DNA of 63,742 bases, filler included. It is 8 parts of 8 records of this genome, joined end to end, with 100 filler letters (N's around TTAATTAATTAA, not from the genome) between each part and the next. Parts side by side here need not be neighbours in the genome. Positions count along the whole stretch, not along the records: positions 37,608 to 50,368 come from SRR31147125_3900; 7 more parts are not named here. One strand, 5' to 3'. Below the pieces are notes generated by a model that saw only the letters and a program-made list of their open reading frames with translations, did no database searches and was not told the DNA's origin. Below are positions 40,669-50,468 of this stretch, one piece after another (the stretch's first letter is position 1; the number at the start of each line of letters is the position of its first letter). The translations under genes and the position numbers were made by a program.

Positions 40669-41496
40669 ATGAAACTTATTTCATGGAATATTGATTCTTT
40701 AAACGCTGCTTTAACAAGTGAATCAAATAGAGCTATATTATCTAGAGAAGTTATAGATACAATAATGGAGTATGAGCCGGATGTTATCGCTCTACAAGAA
40801 ACAAAATTACCGGCAAAAGGGCCAAACAAGAAACACATAACTTATTTAGAAGAGCATTTTAAGGGATATTCTTATCACTGGAGAAGTTCCGAAGAACCTG
40901 CTAGAAAAGGTTATGCAGGAACTATGTTCTTATACAAGGATACTTTTAACCCAGAGGTTACATACCCTACAATTGATGCTCCAGGTACAATGGATTCTGA
41001 AGGAAGAATTATAACACTTGATTTTGGAGATTTTTATTTAACACAAGTATATACTCCAAATGCTGGTGATGGTTTAAAAAGACTAGAAGATAGACAAGTA
41101 TGGGATGCAAAGTATGCTGAATATCTGCAAAAGTTAGACTCAAGCAAACCTGTTTTGGCAACGGGAGATTATAATGTTGCACATACGCCTATTGATTTAG
41201 CTCATCCAAAGAATAACGAAAGATCACCTGGATTTACAATTGAGGAGAGAGAAGGATTTTCAAATCTACTAAATAAAGGATTTGTTGATACTTTTAGACT
41301 GATAAATGGTGACGTAGATGGAGCATATACTTGGTGGGCTCAAAGAGTTAAGACAAGTAAAATTAATAATTCAGGCTGGAGAATAGATTACTGGTTAGCC
41401 AGCGATAGAATAAAAGATAAAGTAGTTAAATCAGAAATGGTTGATTCGGGAGCGAGACAAGATCATACACCTATACTGCTTGAAATAGATATTTAG
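40669..41496 (+). CDS. exoA: Exodeoxyribonuclease III / AP endonuclease
   Basis: SWNID, LQETK, YTPNAG, GDYNVAH, YTWW, GWRIDY and DHTP motifs; AGGAGG RBS before 40669. Confidence 0.95.
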   Translation: MKLISWNIDSLNAALTSESNRAILSREVIDTIMEYEPDVIALQETKLPAKGPNKKHITYLEEHFKGYSYHWRSSEEPARKGYAGTMFLYKDTFNPEVTYPTIDAPGTMDSEGRIITLDFGDFYLTQVYTPNAGDGLKRLEDRQVWDAKYAEYLQKLDSSKPVLATGDYNVAHTPIDLAHPKNNERSPGFTIEEREGFSNLLNKGFVDTFRLINGDVDGAYTWWAQRVKTSKINNSGWRIDYWLASDRIKDKVVKSEMVDSGARQDHTPILLEIDI

Positions 41497-41574
41497 AAAT
41501 ATAACCACAGCTAAGCTAATCGCTAATAAGCTGTTATTAAGTAATTAAAAGCTCATATGAGTTTGACTTAGGCT

Positions 41575-41630
41575 GACAGAATAACTTATTGTAATCAAAC
41601 TAATAAGTTATTCTGTCGCCTTTTTATTTT
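41575..41630. terminator. Intrinsic terminator between convergent genes
   Basis: 16-bp perfect stem GACAGAATAACTTATT / AATAAGTTATTCTGTC followed by a T-run. Confidence 0.75.
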
Positions 41631-42086
41631 CTATTCATGCATACCTATATTGATTGCCCTTCCTGTTTCAGCCAATGTTTTGATATTAGATAACATTAAC
41701 CACCAGTTATTCTTAGTGTTTTCATATGAAGGATCATCATGATCCCAGTTGTAATGTCTAACATCCAATTTGATGTATTTCCCCATATCAGTAATTATGT
41801 ACTCTATTGTCGACTCATGTTCTGGCTCATCTTGGCGATAAACTTCACCAACAATTGATGTATGTGTGAATTCAACATTTGCCTCAAAGCTAATTACTTT
41901 TCCATAGATATGTTTTGTTTTTTCTCCACCTTTTCCTGGGCCTATATAGCTTAGTTCCGAACCTAACTCAAAACTTGACTCTAGCTTGGCACCATAGAAT
42001 ATCTTCTCTGTCCCTTCTGCTGTTGTTATAATATCCCAAACCTCCTGTGGAGATGCGACGATATAAAAACTATAATTTAATTCCAT
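41631..42086 (-). CDS. SRPBCC/AHSA1-like protein
   Basis: YIVASPQEVWDIIT...WWLMLSNIKTLAETG. Confidence 0.85.
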   Translation of the reverse strand: MELNYSFYIVASPQEVWDIITTAEGTEKIFYGAKLESSFELGSELSYIGPGKGGEKTKHIYGKVISFEANVEFTHTSIVGEVYRQDEPEHESTIEYIITDMGKYIKLDVRHYNWDHDDPSYENTKNNWWLMLSNIKTLAETGRAINIGMHE

Positions 42087-42175
42087 AAAATCACCCCTTT
42101 GATTATTGTTCTAATTGAAGTATACTATAATGAAAATAAAAGGTATTGGAAAAATGCGTCAAAAGGAATAAAAAA

Positions 42176-42973
42176 ATGGAATATTTTGAAAAGGCTATTA
42201 TTGATATTGAAACTCTAAATAAAAAAACTAAATTCTCAACATTTCCTCCCTCTGATAGATTATCTAATTGGGTTGAAAGATTTTGGTCTGTTCAATGGGA
42301 CTTGCCGACAGACTATTATTTCGATCAGGTCATTATTCCTAATCCCAATATCAATCTTGTTTGTCATTATGAAACCAAGTCATATAGAATTACAAAATTA
42401 ACAATTGACGGAGCTGTTAAGAGTTTATTTAGCTATAGACTGGAGAAAAGTGGAGCAATTTTAGGAGTTAAGTTCCATGTAGGTGCTCCAATTTGTTTTC
42501 TTAAGCAAAATGCCGTTAATTTTACAAATAATAGTATAGATTTCCATAAGATTTTTAACGATGCAAGTTCAAATAAGTTGGAAATGTCAAAAGATATTCC
42601 CGATTGTATTAAGTCATTTGAAAACTTACTTTTTAGTTTAAATCTAAATGTGGATCAAAAGGCTAATAAAACTAAAGAAATAGTGGAACTAGTTAGAAAT
42701 GATCATACTATTAACTTGGTTAGTCAGCTCGTTGATAGGACTGATATAGGACTTAGAACATTACAGAGATATTTTGATAAGTATGTTGGTGTTAATCCAA
42801 AATGGGTAATCAAAATCTATCGATTACAAGAGTTAAAAACTCATGTTGAAAAATCCAAAAATATTGACTGGGCTATAGAAGCAAATAAACTTGGATATTT
42901 TGATCAGGCTCATATGATAAATGATTTCAAATCACTATTTGGTACAACACCAAAAAACTATTTTGACTATTAA
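42176..42973 (+). CDS. AraC-family regulator with a DUF6597-type N-domain
   Basis: WVERFWSVQWDL, RTLQRYFDKYVGVNPKW and GYFDQAHMINDFK motifs. Confidence 0.9.
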   Translation: MEYFEKAIIDIETLNKKTKFSTFPPSDRLSNWVERFWSVQWDLPTDYYFDQVIIPNPNINLVCHYETKSYRITKLTIDGAVKSLFSYRLEKSGAILGVKFHVGAPICFLKQNAVNFTNNSIDFHKIFNDASSNKLEMSKDIPDCIKSFENLLFSLNLNVDQKANKTKEIVELVRNDHTINLVSQLVDRTDIGLRTLQRYFDKYVGVNPKWVIKIYRLQELKTHVEKSKNIDWAIEANKLGYFDQAHMINDFKSLFGTTPKNYFDY

Positions 42974-43045
42974 TATTGACAAGCTTAATTTAGAAAGCTA
43001 ATATTATGTGTGCTATATTATTACTTAATTACAGGAGGAAAAAGC

Positions 43046-44221
43046 TTGGCATTATTTGGAAGTAATTCGAACGGTGAATGGAAAAAATTTGCACAAGAAA
43101 TTAATGCAACTTTTAACAAGGGTGGAATATTCAAAGACGAAAGCGTTACTTTGTCATATAAAGGTCTAAATATAGTAATGAAATTAACTGTCATGGCAAC
43201 AAACTTTACTACAGATGTATATACAACTATTAGGTGTGAATTCTGTAGTAAGTATGACTTCAAATTCTATATCCATGATGATGAAATCTCAAGCTATATC
43301 TCACATGATACAGATTTAACTGAGAGCAGAGCTGATGAAGTTGATTTAAATCTAAACTACAAGGTTAAAAGTAACAATAAAGAATTAGTTAGCAGTTTCC
43401 TTGATAATGAAGAACTAAAAACACTGTTAACTAGGCAAACAAAGCTTAACTTTCTGCTAACATCGGAAATGAAGGCATCACCTCAAATGTGTAATAACAA
43501 GATCTACTTCTCAGCTAGTGAGTCTATTACTAATACTAGAAGACTGAAATCATTGTTTAAAATGTTTGAATTAACAATTGACCAATTAGAGGAGATAGGT
43601 ATACTTGAGACTGGCGAAGCTAAAACTATAGAGGATAAAGTTATACAAGTGAAAGAAGAAAATAGTACAGGTAAAACTGAGAAAGAGAAAATGCTCGCTG
43701 GCGAATATTATGATGCTTTTGATAAAGAGTTAATTAGGGATCGAATAAGAGCGAAAGATTTACTATTTGAGTTTAATAACACGAAACCAAGCGAAGCATA
43801 TAAAAGTAACAAACTTAATCAGCTAATTAATGCAAAGGGTTCATATCACATTGATGCTCCTTTCTACTGTGATTACGGCTATAATATAGAAGTAGGCAAT
43901 CAATTCTATGCTAATCATGGCTGTACTATCCTAGATGTGTGCAGGGTAACTATTGGAGATAATGTACTACTTGCTCCACATGTACAGATATATACAGCTA
44001 CTCATCCACTTAATCCCACTGAACGAAAGAGCGGTCTCGAATACGCCAAAGCTATTACCATTGGTAATAATGTGTGGATAGGAGGAGGCGCTATAATATG
44101 CCCGGGAGTAACTATCGGTGATAATAGTGTAATAGGTGCAGGCAGTGTAGTTACAAAGGATATCCCAGCTAATGTAGTGGCTGCTGGTAATCCATGTAGA
44201 GTAATAAAAGCCGTTGAATAA
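43046..44221 (+). CDS. Fusion of a DUF3137-like N-domain with a maltose/galactoside O-acetyltransferase
   Basis: GGAGG RBS and TTG start (MALFGSNSNGEWKKFAQEI); C-half TEKEKMLAGEYY, PFYCDYGYNI, hexapeptide repeats and GNPCRVI; TTGACA-17-TAATAT at 42976-43004. Confidence 0.8.
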   Translation: MALFGSNSNGEWKKFAQEINATFNKGGIFKDESVTLSYKGLNIVMKLTVMATNFTTDVYTTIRCEFCSKYDFKFYIHDDEISSYISHDTDLTESRADEVDLNLNYKVKSNNKELVSSFLDNEELKTLLTRQTKLNFLLTSEMKASPQMCNNKIYFSASESITNTRRLKSLFKMFELTIDQLEEIGILETGEAKTIEDKVIQVKEENSTGKTEKEKMLAGEYYDAFDKELIRDRIRAKDLLFEFNNTKPSEAYKSNKLNQLINAKGSYHIDAPFYCDYGYNIEVGNQFYANHGCTILDVCRVTIGDNVLLAPHVQIYTATHPLNPTERKSGLEYAKAITIGNNVWIGGGAIICPGVTIGDNSVIGAGSVVTKDIPANVVAAGNPCRVIKAVE

Positions 44222-44419
44222 TTAAGTTGTTTTACTAAATAAATTTTATTAAATTAAAGAAAGTCAAGTCTTCTAAATAATTGTTCCCTCTTAATCTTAA
44301 GAGGGGATTTTTTTGTCTTTCTCTTTAGCCAAACGAGGGCTAGGAGGGATTCGCTTTGATTATTTATATTTCCTGTGTTAAACTTTAAATGGAAAGTTAA
44401 TTTTTAGGAGGAATAAAAT

Positions 44420-44908
44420 ATGAATGTAGAGTTAAAAGTTGCAGAAGATAGTAAAATTATTCAAAACTTATTCCAATACTATATGTATGATATGTCAGAA
44501 TACACGGGATTTTCGGCAGATGATAATGGCTCATATGCTGTAGATGAATCTATAGTAAAATTAAGTGATTATTGGAACCTGCCAGGTCATTACCCATACT
44601 ATATAATGGTTGATGGTAAAATTGCCGGATTTTCTCTAATTAGAAAATTCCCATTTGATAACAATTATTTCGATGTAGGGCAATTCTATGTGATGAGGAA
44701 GTATAAAAGAAAAGGCGTTGGGAAAAAGGCATTTGAACTATCTGTAAGTTCGCGTCCAGGTAATTGGGTTACACGTGTGCTAACTAATAATATTGGAGCA
44801 TACAAATTCTGGTTAAATGTTATCAGAAAAGCGGCCAAACGAGAACCGAGAGTATCTATTGAAAAATACAACACTAAAGATATGTATTACTTTTACTATG
44901 AAGTTTAA
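44420..44908 (+). CDS. GNAT-family N-acetyltransferase
   Basis: NLFQYYMYDMSE, FYVMRKYKRKGVGK and NIGAYKFW motifs. Confidence 0.88.
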   Translation: MNVELKVAEDSKIIQNLFQYYMYDMSEYTGFSADDNGSYAVDESIVKLSDYWNLPGHYPYYIMVDGKIAGFSLIRKFPFDNNYFDVGQFYVMRKYKRKGVGKKAFELSVSSRPGNWVTRVLTNNIGAYKFWLNVIRKAAKREPRVSIEKYNTKDMYYFYYEV

Positions 44909-45079
44909 TTGAAAGAAAATTCATCCAGCTTTTTTCTCAAAAATTATTTCTATTTAGCCCTTCCAATTCGTCACATAATGTAGTATATTTATGGAATAAG
45001 GCAAGTGATTATACTAAAAATTTAGTATGAGTATTTGTTGATATAGATATTATTTACTAAAACCTAATGGAGGAAACTA

Positions 45080-46588
45080 ATGACAACAAGAAAAGAAGCA
45101 GATTCAATTGGATTAAAAGACGTAAAAGTGGATGCGTATTATGGAATTCAATCACTAAGAGCGGCAGAAAACTTTAGAATAACAAGATCAATGTTGCATC
45201 CTGCTTTTATAAATGCCATGGCAATGCTTAAGAAAGCATCAGCGCTCACTAATATGGAGGCTGGTGTACTAAAGGAAGATAAATCAAAAGCTATTATGCA
45301 GGCTTGTAAGGAAATTATTGACGGTAATCTACACGACCAGTTTATAACAGACGCGATACAAGGTGGCGCTGGTACATCAATGAATATGAATGCAAATGAG
45401 GTTATTGCAAACAGAGCGGATGAGATATTAGGTGGTACCCTTGGGGAGTACAAATTTATTCATCCAAACGACCACGTTAACATGGGACAATCTACCAATG
45501 ATGTTATACCTAGTAGTGGTAAACTAGCTACACTAATATTGATCAAACCGCTTATCAATGAGCTAATTGAATTACAGAGAGCTTTTAAGCAAAAAGCTAG
45601 AGAGTTTAACAATGTTATCAAAGTTGGTAGAACTCAATTGCAAGATGCTGTACCTATTAGACTAGGTCAGGAGTTTGAAGCTTACTCAGCTGTTATCCAG
45701 AGAGATATCAAGAGAGTTAGACAAACTGTTGATGACTTGAGATTTATGAATATGGGTGGTACGGCAGTTGGAACTGGTCTAAATGCCGATATCTATTATG
45801 TAAATAAAATCGCTCTTAATATCACAAAGGTTACTGGAATTGATGTGTATCAATCAGATAATTTAATTGACGCAACACAGAACTTAGATTCATTTGTATG
45901 GGTATCTGCCGCGATTAAAACTGCTGCGATTAATCTGTCAAAAATAGCAAATGACCTTAGATTAATGTCAAGTGGGCCTAGAAATGGATTTGGTGAAATT
46001 AACCTACCACAAGTTCAACCTGGTTCATCTATTATGCCTGGTAAAGTCAATCCTGTTATCCCTGAGGTAGTTAATCAAGTATCGTTCCTTGTTATAGGTA
46101 ATGACCAAACTATTACAATGGCAGCTGAGTCGGGGCAACTTGAACTAAATGCATTTGAACCTGTGCTTTTTAATATGTTATTCCAATCAATTGAACTAAT
46201 GACAAATGCTGTTAATACATTTAGAGAGAACTGCATAAGTGGAATTACAGCCAATAGAGAGCACTGTTACGAAGAGGTAGAAAACTCTATTGGTATCGTA
46301 ACTGCGTTAGTTCCTCATATAGGATATAAAAAGTCATCTGAAATTGCCAAAAAATCTCTAAAAACCGGTAAACAGATTAGAGAACTAATTATTGAAGAAA
46401 AAATCCTAAGTCCCCAAGAGTTAAATATAATACTTAACCCTATCAACATGACTGAGCCAGGTATCTCTGGTAAAGCTATGCTGGAAAGATTCAAAGAAGA
46501 GGAAAAATTAATCGAGGAACTAAAAAAGAGTAATTGTGTTACTGATGAAGAGATTAAAAAGGAAAAAGAGAGTAATAAAAATAAATAA
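45080..46588 (+). CDS. aspA: Aspartate ammonia-lyase
   Basis: YYGIQSLRA, QGGAGTSMNMNANE, HPNDHVN, GRTQLQDA and GSSIMPGKVNP motifs. Confidence 0.93.
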   Translation: MTTRKEADSIGLKDVKVDAYYGIQSLRAAENFRITRSMLHPAFINAMAMLKKASALTNMEAGVLKEDKSKAIMQACKEIIDGNLHDQFITDAIQGGAGTSMNMNANEVIANRADEILGGTLGEYKFIHPNDHVNMGQSTNDVIPSSGKLATLILIKPLINELIELQRAFKQKAREFNNVIKVGRTQLQDAVPIRLGQEFEAYSAVIQRDIKRVRQTVDDLRFMNMGGTAVGTGLNADIYYVNKIALNITKVTGIDVYQSDNLIDATQNLDSFVWVSAAIKTAAINLSKIANDLRLMSSGPRNGFGEINLPQVQPGSSIMPGKVNPVIPEVVNQVSFLVIGNDQTITMAAESGQLELNAFEPVLFNMLFQSIELMTNAVNTFRENCISGITANREHCYEEVENSIGIVTALVPHIGYKKSSEIAKKSLKTGKQIRELIIEEKILSPQELNIILNPINMTEPGISGKAMLERFKEEEKLIEELKKSNCVTDEEIKKEKESNKNK

Positions 46589-46612
46589 AACAGAATAAAA
46601 TCTAATAATATG

Positions 46613-46642
46613 AAATATGAGCCAAGGCTCATATTTTTTTAT
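46613..46642 (+). terminator. Intrinsic terminator
   Basis: AAATATGAGCC-AA-GGCTCATATTT followed by a T-run. Confidence 0.75.
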
Positions 46643-46789
46643 TCTAAAAGTTCTAATTTTTTGAATTTTAAATTAAGCTGAAGACTTTTTTTATATAAAA
46701 TAAATGATTTTGTTAACTTTTGTAGTATAATGATAAACGAGAGCTTTCTTAGTTCTTAGAGCTTGATTATTTTAATTTGTTAAGAGGGG

Positions 46790-47542
46790 ATGCATATGAA
46801 GAAAGTCATACTTTTTCTAGGAATTATACTTAGTATAACTACTTTTTCTAGGGATATAACGATTAGTTTAGCAACACTTCCAATTATGTCTGAGGATGAA
46901 GAGGAAGGCTTATACTATAAGCTAATTAAAGAGATGAATAACTATTATGATGATGGGGAAATTAAAATTATTGGCTCTTTTCCTTTTAAACGTTCAATAT
47001 TCAATGTAACTAATGGATTATCAGATGCACATCTACCTGTATTAAAAAATAACAATATGCCTGATACAGAACTTGAATATACACATGTTGATGAAAAACT
47101 CTATAATGTTATTTTCGTCCTATATTCGTTAACTTCAAAACCTGATTTGGATATAAATAATATAAATAAATATAAAATTGGAACTGAGTTTGCGCAGGTG
47201 CATCTATTTGATTTTGCTAAATTTGGTAGTCATTCTGTTAAGCAAAGTTTGATTTTATTAGAAAACAACAGGCTTGATGGCTATCTATTCTCGCAGTACA
47301 TTACTGATTTAGCAATTAGGGATAATAATTATACTAATATAAAAAAACAACTATTTGAAATTTATGAAGTAAGGTTTATTGTTCGAAAAAATAAAGAGGG
47401 TGAGAAAGTAAATAGAATATTGACAAATATATTGAAGCAAATGCATGATGACGGAACTATGGAGAAAATATTTGGGTATTATTATACGAGAATTTTTACA
47501 CCTGAGATTCTAGAAAAAGAGGTTTTATTTGATGATAAGTAG
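46790..47542 (+). CDS. Periplasmic substrate-binding protein (family 3-like), orphan
   Basis: Signal peptide; FPFKRSI, LLENNRLDGYL and LKQMHDDGTMEKI motifs. Confidence 0.78.
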   Translation: MHMKKVILFLGIILSITTFSRDITISLATLPIMSEDEEEGLYYKLIKEMNNYYDDGEIKIIGSFPFKRSIFNVTNGLSDAHLPVLKNNNMPDTELEYTHVDEKLYNVIFVLYSLTSKPDLDINNINKYKIGTEFAQVHLFDFAKFGSHSVKQSLILLENNRLDGYLFSQYITDLAIRDNNYTNIKKQLFEIYEVRFIVRKNKEGEKVNRILTNILKQMHDDGTMEKIFGYYYTRIFTPEILEKEVLFDDK

Positions 47543-47632
47543 TCTATACATGATTTACTATTGATTCTATATTAGGGATGGGATTATTATGATAGAATTT
47601 ATACCGATGAATTTCAAAATAAAAATAATATA

Positions 47633-47687
47633 AATAAAAGATAAGAGATTTCTTCAGTTAAGGAAATCTCTTATCTTTTATTTTTTA
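47633..47687. terminator. Bidirectional intrinsic terminator
   Basis: 20-bp perfect stem AATAAAAGATAAGAGATTTC / GAAATCTCTTATCTTTTATT. Confidence 0.8.
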
Positions 47688-47697
47688 TACCCAAAGT

Positions 47698-48375
47698 CTA
47701 GATGTTGAGTATTTCATAATCGTTATTAAGGGTATCAATTATAAACACTCGATTTCGAAGTAGTTCTCCTCTTTTGATAAGTAATTTTATTACTTCTCCT
47801 ACTTGAATGGAACTAATCATCGCTGGTGTAAACGACGGATTCCCTAGTAATTTTTCCTTACCTCTTACCACATCACTTTTATAAATTTTGCAAAGAGTTT
47901 TATCTCCAGGAAATATAGTTGAAACCTGTCCAAACCACCCTGCAATAGCACCAAATACATATGGTATCTCTAGTTTCTCACATGTATCTTGGATTAACAT
48001 TCTTAGTGGAATTGAGTCCACAGCATCTACCACTACATCGTGACCTCGAAGAATCTCGGTAATATTATCCTCATTAACAAACTCAGATATCGCATTAATT
48101 TTTATATTATCATTTACTATTCCCATTCTCTCTTTTGCGCTAATAGCTTTACCTTTACCCAATGTTTCATTATTAGATAATATCTGTCTATTTAGATTGC
48201 TTTCGTCAAATACATCACCATCTACCACAGTAATATAGCCAACACCTATACGACCTAACATCTCAATTATATAGCCGCCCAATCCTCCACTACCTAGTAC
48301 ACAGACTTTTGAATGAGTTAGTAGTTTATTTTCTTCTACAGTTAGTGTCGTTATGTTTCTTTCGTATCTTTTCAT
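47698..48375 (-). CDS. ThiF/MoeB-family E1-like adenylyltransferase
   Basis: RYERN, GSGGLG and DGDVFDESNLNRQ motifs; next to MoaD. Confidence 0.92.
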   Translation of the reverse strand: MKRYERNITTLTVEENKLLTHSKVCVLGSGGLGGYIIEMLGRIGVGYITVVDGDVFDESNLNRQILSNNETLGKGKAISAKERMGIVNDNIKINAISEFVNEDNITEILRGHDVVVDAVDSIPLRMLIQDTCEKLEIPYVFGAIAGWFGQVSTIFPGDKTLCKIYKSDVVRGKEKLLGNPSFTPAMISSIQVGEVIKLLIKRGELLRNRVFIIDTLNNDYEILNI

Positions 48376-48379
48376 ATCT

Positions 48380-48604
48380 CTATCCACCTCCAACTGGCGG
48401 AAAAATAGAAACAACATCATTCTCTTCTACTTCATCAGTTAATTTTCCATCACGCCCATTGATTAGTAAAATAGCTACATCTTCTTTTATTATTTCCAGA
48501 TTCTGTATAATATCATTAACCACTGTTCCCTCTGGAAATTTCAAAAATACTTCTTTCCCTCTACCTTCTCTCAATGTAGCAAATAATCTTACCTTTATCT
48601 CCAT
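48380..48604 (-). CDS. MoaD/ThiS-family sulfur carrier
   Basis: VRLFATLR...FPPVGGG with a C-terminal GG. Confidence 0.93.
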   Translation of the reverse strand: MEIKVRLFATLREGRGKEVFLKFPEGTVVNDIIQNLEIIKEDVAILLINGRDGKLTDEVEENDVVSIFPPVGGG

Positions 48605-48710
48605 AACTCACCTCACAATCAGATATATAGACTGCTAAAAGATATTTAATCGATAGTCCATATACTAAATTTTAGCTATATCTGATGTATGAACTAATCA
48701 GATAAGCATT

Positions 48711-49751
48711 TTATATACAAAATGTAAAATCTCTACTCCATAAACAATCTGAACACGATGGTTGATTACCATAACAATCAGCTGTTGTTGAGTTTACGTA
48801 GTCACATCCATCCACCCAATCACAATCTATACATGATGGATAGTGGTTGTTGTAAATAACATCTCGAAATCTTACATATTCTTCACTATTCCAAATATCT
48901 ATCAGTTTTGTCTCAGCTAGATTACCAAATGAATATGCCAAAACCTCTTTTTCCCTACCAAACACAACTTCTTTGCAGTCGTGAGCTAATCTATAACATG
49001 GTGCGATAGTTCCATCGAAATTAACCATTGTAGTATCATTAATTATAAATCTGCATCGTCTCTCGGTTTTTAGTTCATATGCCGGAAATCTTACCTTGAC
49101 TCCATTTATCATGCCATGTACATGTGTACGATTAAAAAACTCTTTTAATTTTTTATTCTCATATCTTTTATATAAAACCAGGTCATATTCGTCAAGAGTT
49201 GTAGGCTGTAGATTTGATAAAATCACCTCTGAAACACCTAAATTTCCTGCAAGTTTTATAATATCAAATATCTCATTTTTATTCTCTTTTGATATAACAA
49301 TTTGAAATAAAATCTTTAATTTTGTATTTCCCTGTTTTTTCTTCTCTTCATTAATTAATTTAATGTTTTTTATAATACCATCCAATGATGTTTGTCTGAT
49401 TTTATAAAAAGTTTCATGTAAACCATCTACTGATATTACAAGCATATCAACGCACTCAACTATCTCTTTTACAAGTGCTTCATTACTTATAGTACCATTA
49501 CTAGTTAATATCAGATTTTTCTGCTTAAGTTTATACAATACATCTACTATTCCATCGTAAAATGTAGGTTCACCAATACCACCTAGTACTACATCTGATA
49601 TTGTATCACAGGCATTTATTTCTGTAATAGCTTTGTCAATTAGTTTCTCATCCATCGATGCATCTGCATGTTTCCATGTTTTTCTATAGCACATGGTGCA
49701 GTTTAGATTACAAGAACTTGTTAGTTCCAGATATACTTTTCTCAAAGACAT
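48711..49751 (-). CDS. Radical SAM/SPASM protein, tungsten-cofactor oxidoreductase maturase type
   Basis: CNLNCTMC, GGIGEP, C-terminal Cys-rich SCIDC...GC...DC...SCSDCLW; located between aor and moaD. Confidence 0.85.
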   Translation of the reverse strand: MSLRKVYLELTSSCNLNCTMCYRKTWKHADASMDEKLIDKAITEINACDTISDVVLGGIGEPTFYDGIVDVLYKLKQKNLILTSNGTISNEALVKEIVECVDMLVISVDGLHETFYKIRQTSLDGIIKNIKLINEEKKKQGNTKLKILFQIVISKENKNEIFDIIKLAGNLGVSEVILSNLQPTTLDEYDLVLYKRYENKKLKEFFNRTHVHGMINGVKVRFPAYELKTERRCRFIINDTTMVNFDGTIAPCYRLAHDCKEVVFGREKEVLAYSFGNLAETKLIDIWNSEEYVRFRDVIYNNHYPSCIDCDWVDGCDYVNSTTADCYGNQPSCSDCLWSRDFTFCI

Positions 49752-49902
49752 TTTTTTAGCCTCCTACCAAAGACACTATTTATATCAGAATAACTTGAGA
49801 CTGGTAATATATATTCCAATTTGGAAGTTTTATTTTGTAAGGGCAGGGTTCTCCTGCCCTTTATAAAAGTTAGTGCTTGCCACTAACCAGTCTCAGTTTT
49901 TC

Positions 49903-50368
49903 TTATAAACCTAGTTCTTTTTTTCTTTCCTCAGTAGGGATACCATCTTCGCCCCAACCTCTAATATCATAATATTCAGGTAGAAGTTCAGATAGTCTAG
50001 TTACGTGACCTTTTGAAGGCCCTTCTGGGATTTTGTCTTCTAAAAGTCTTTTCGGAAGAGTATCTTGACCTGGATCAATTCCTGCTGCTAGGTTAAACAT
50101 TCTTTCAATGTTCCAAATTCTTTCCCCAGCCAGTAGGATATCATCTTGAGTTAAGTCTTCACCAATTACTGCTCCTAACATATTAGCATAGTCAGTTGCA
50201 TTCATTGCAAATGAAGTGAATAAACATAATCCTGATGAATCAATGAAAGCTGTTAAGTCTTGGAATATTTTTACCCAAGTAGCTTTTCCTTCTAATGTAA
50301 ATCTGTCTAATTTTTCCGGTTCACCTAATATTTCTGGAGAAATCATATATCCTCTTACGTGACATCCT
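49903..50368 (-). CDS. aor: Tungsten-dependent aldehyde:ferredoxin oxidoreductase, C-terminal fragment
   Basis: GCHVRGY, DSSGLCLF, GERIWNIERMFN, DTLPKRL and EYYDIRGW...GIPT motifs. Confidence 0.92.
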
Positions 50369-50468
50369 NNNNNNNNNNNNNNNNNNNNNNNNNNNNNNNN
50401 NNNNNNNNNNNNTTAATTAATTAANNNNNNNNNNNNNNNNNNNNNNNNNNNNNNNNNNNNNNNNNNNN

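Noticed and set aside
47698-50368. aor-rSAM-moaD-moeB as a novel ubiquitin-like or RiPP system
   Set aside because: Matches the known tungsten AOR cofactor-maturation neighbourhood.
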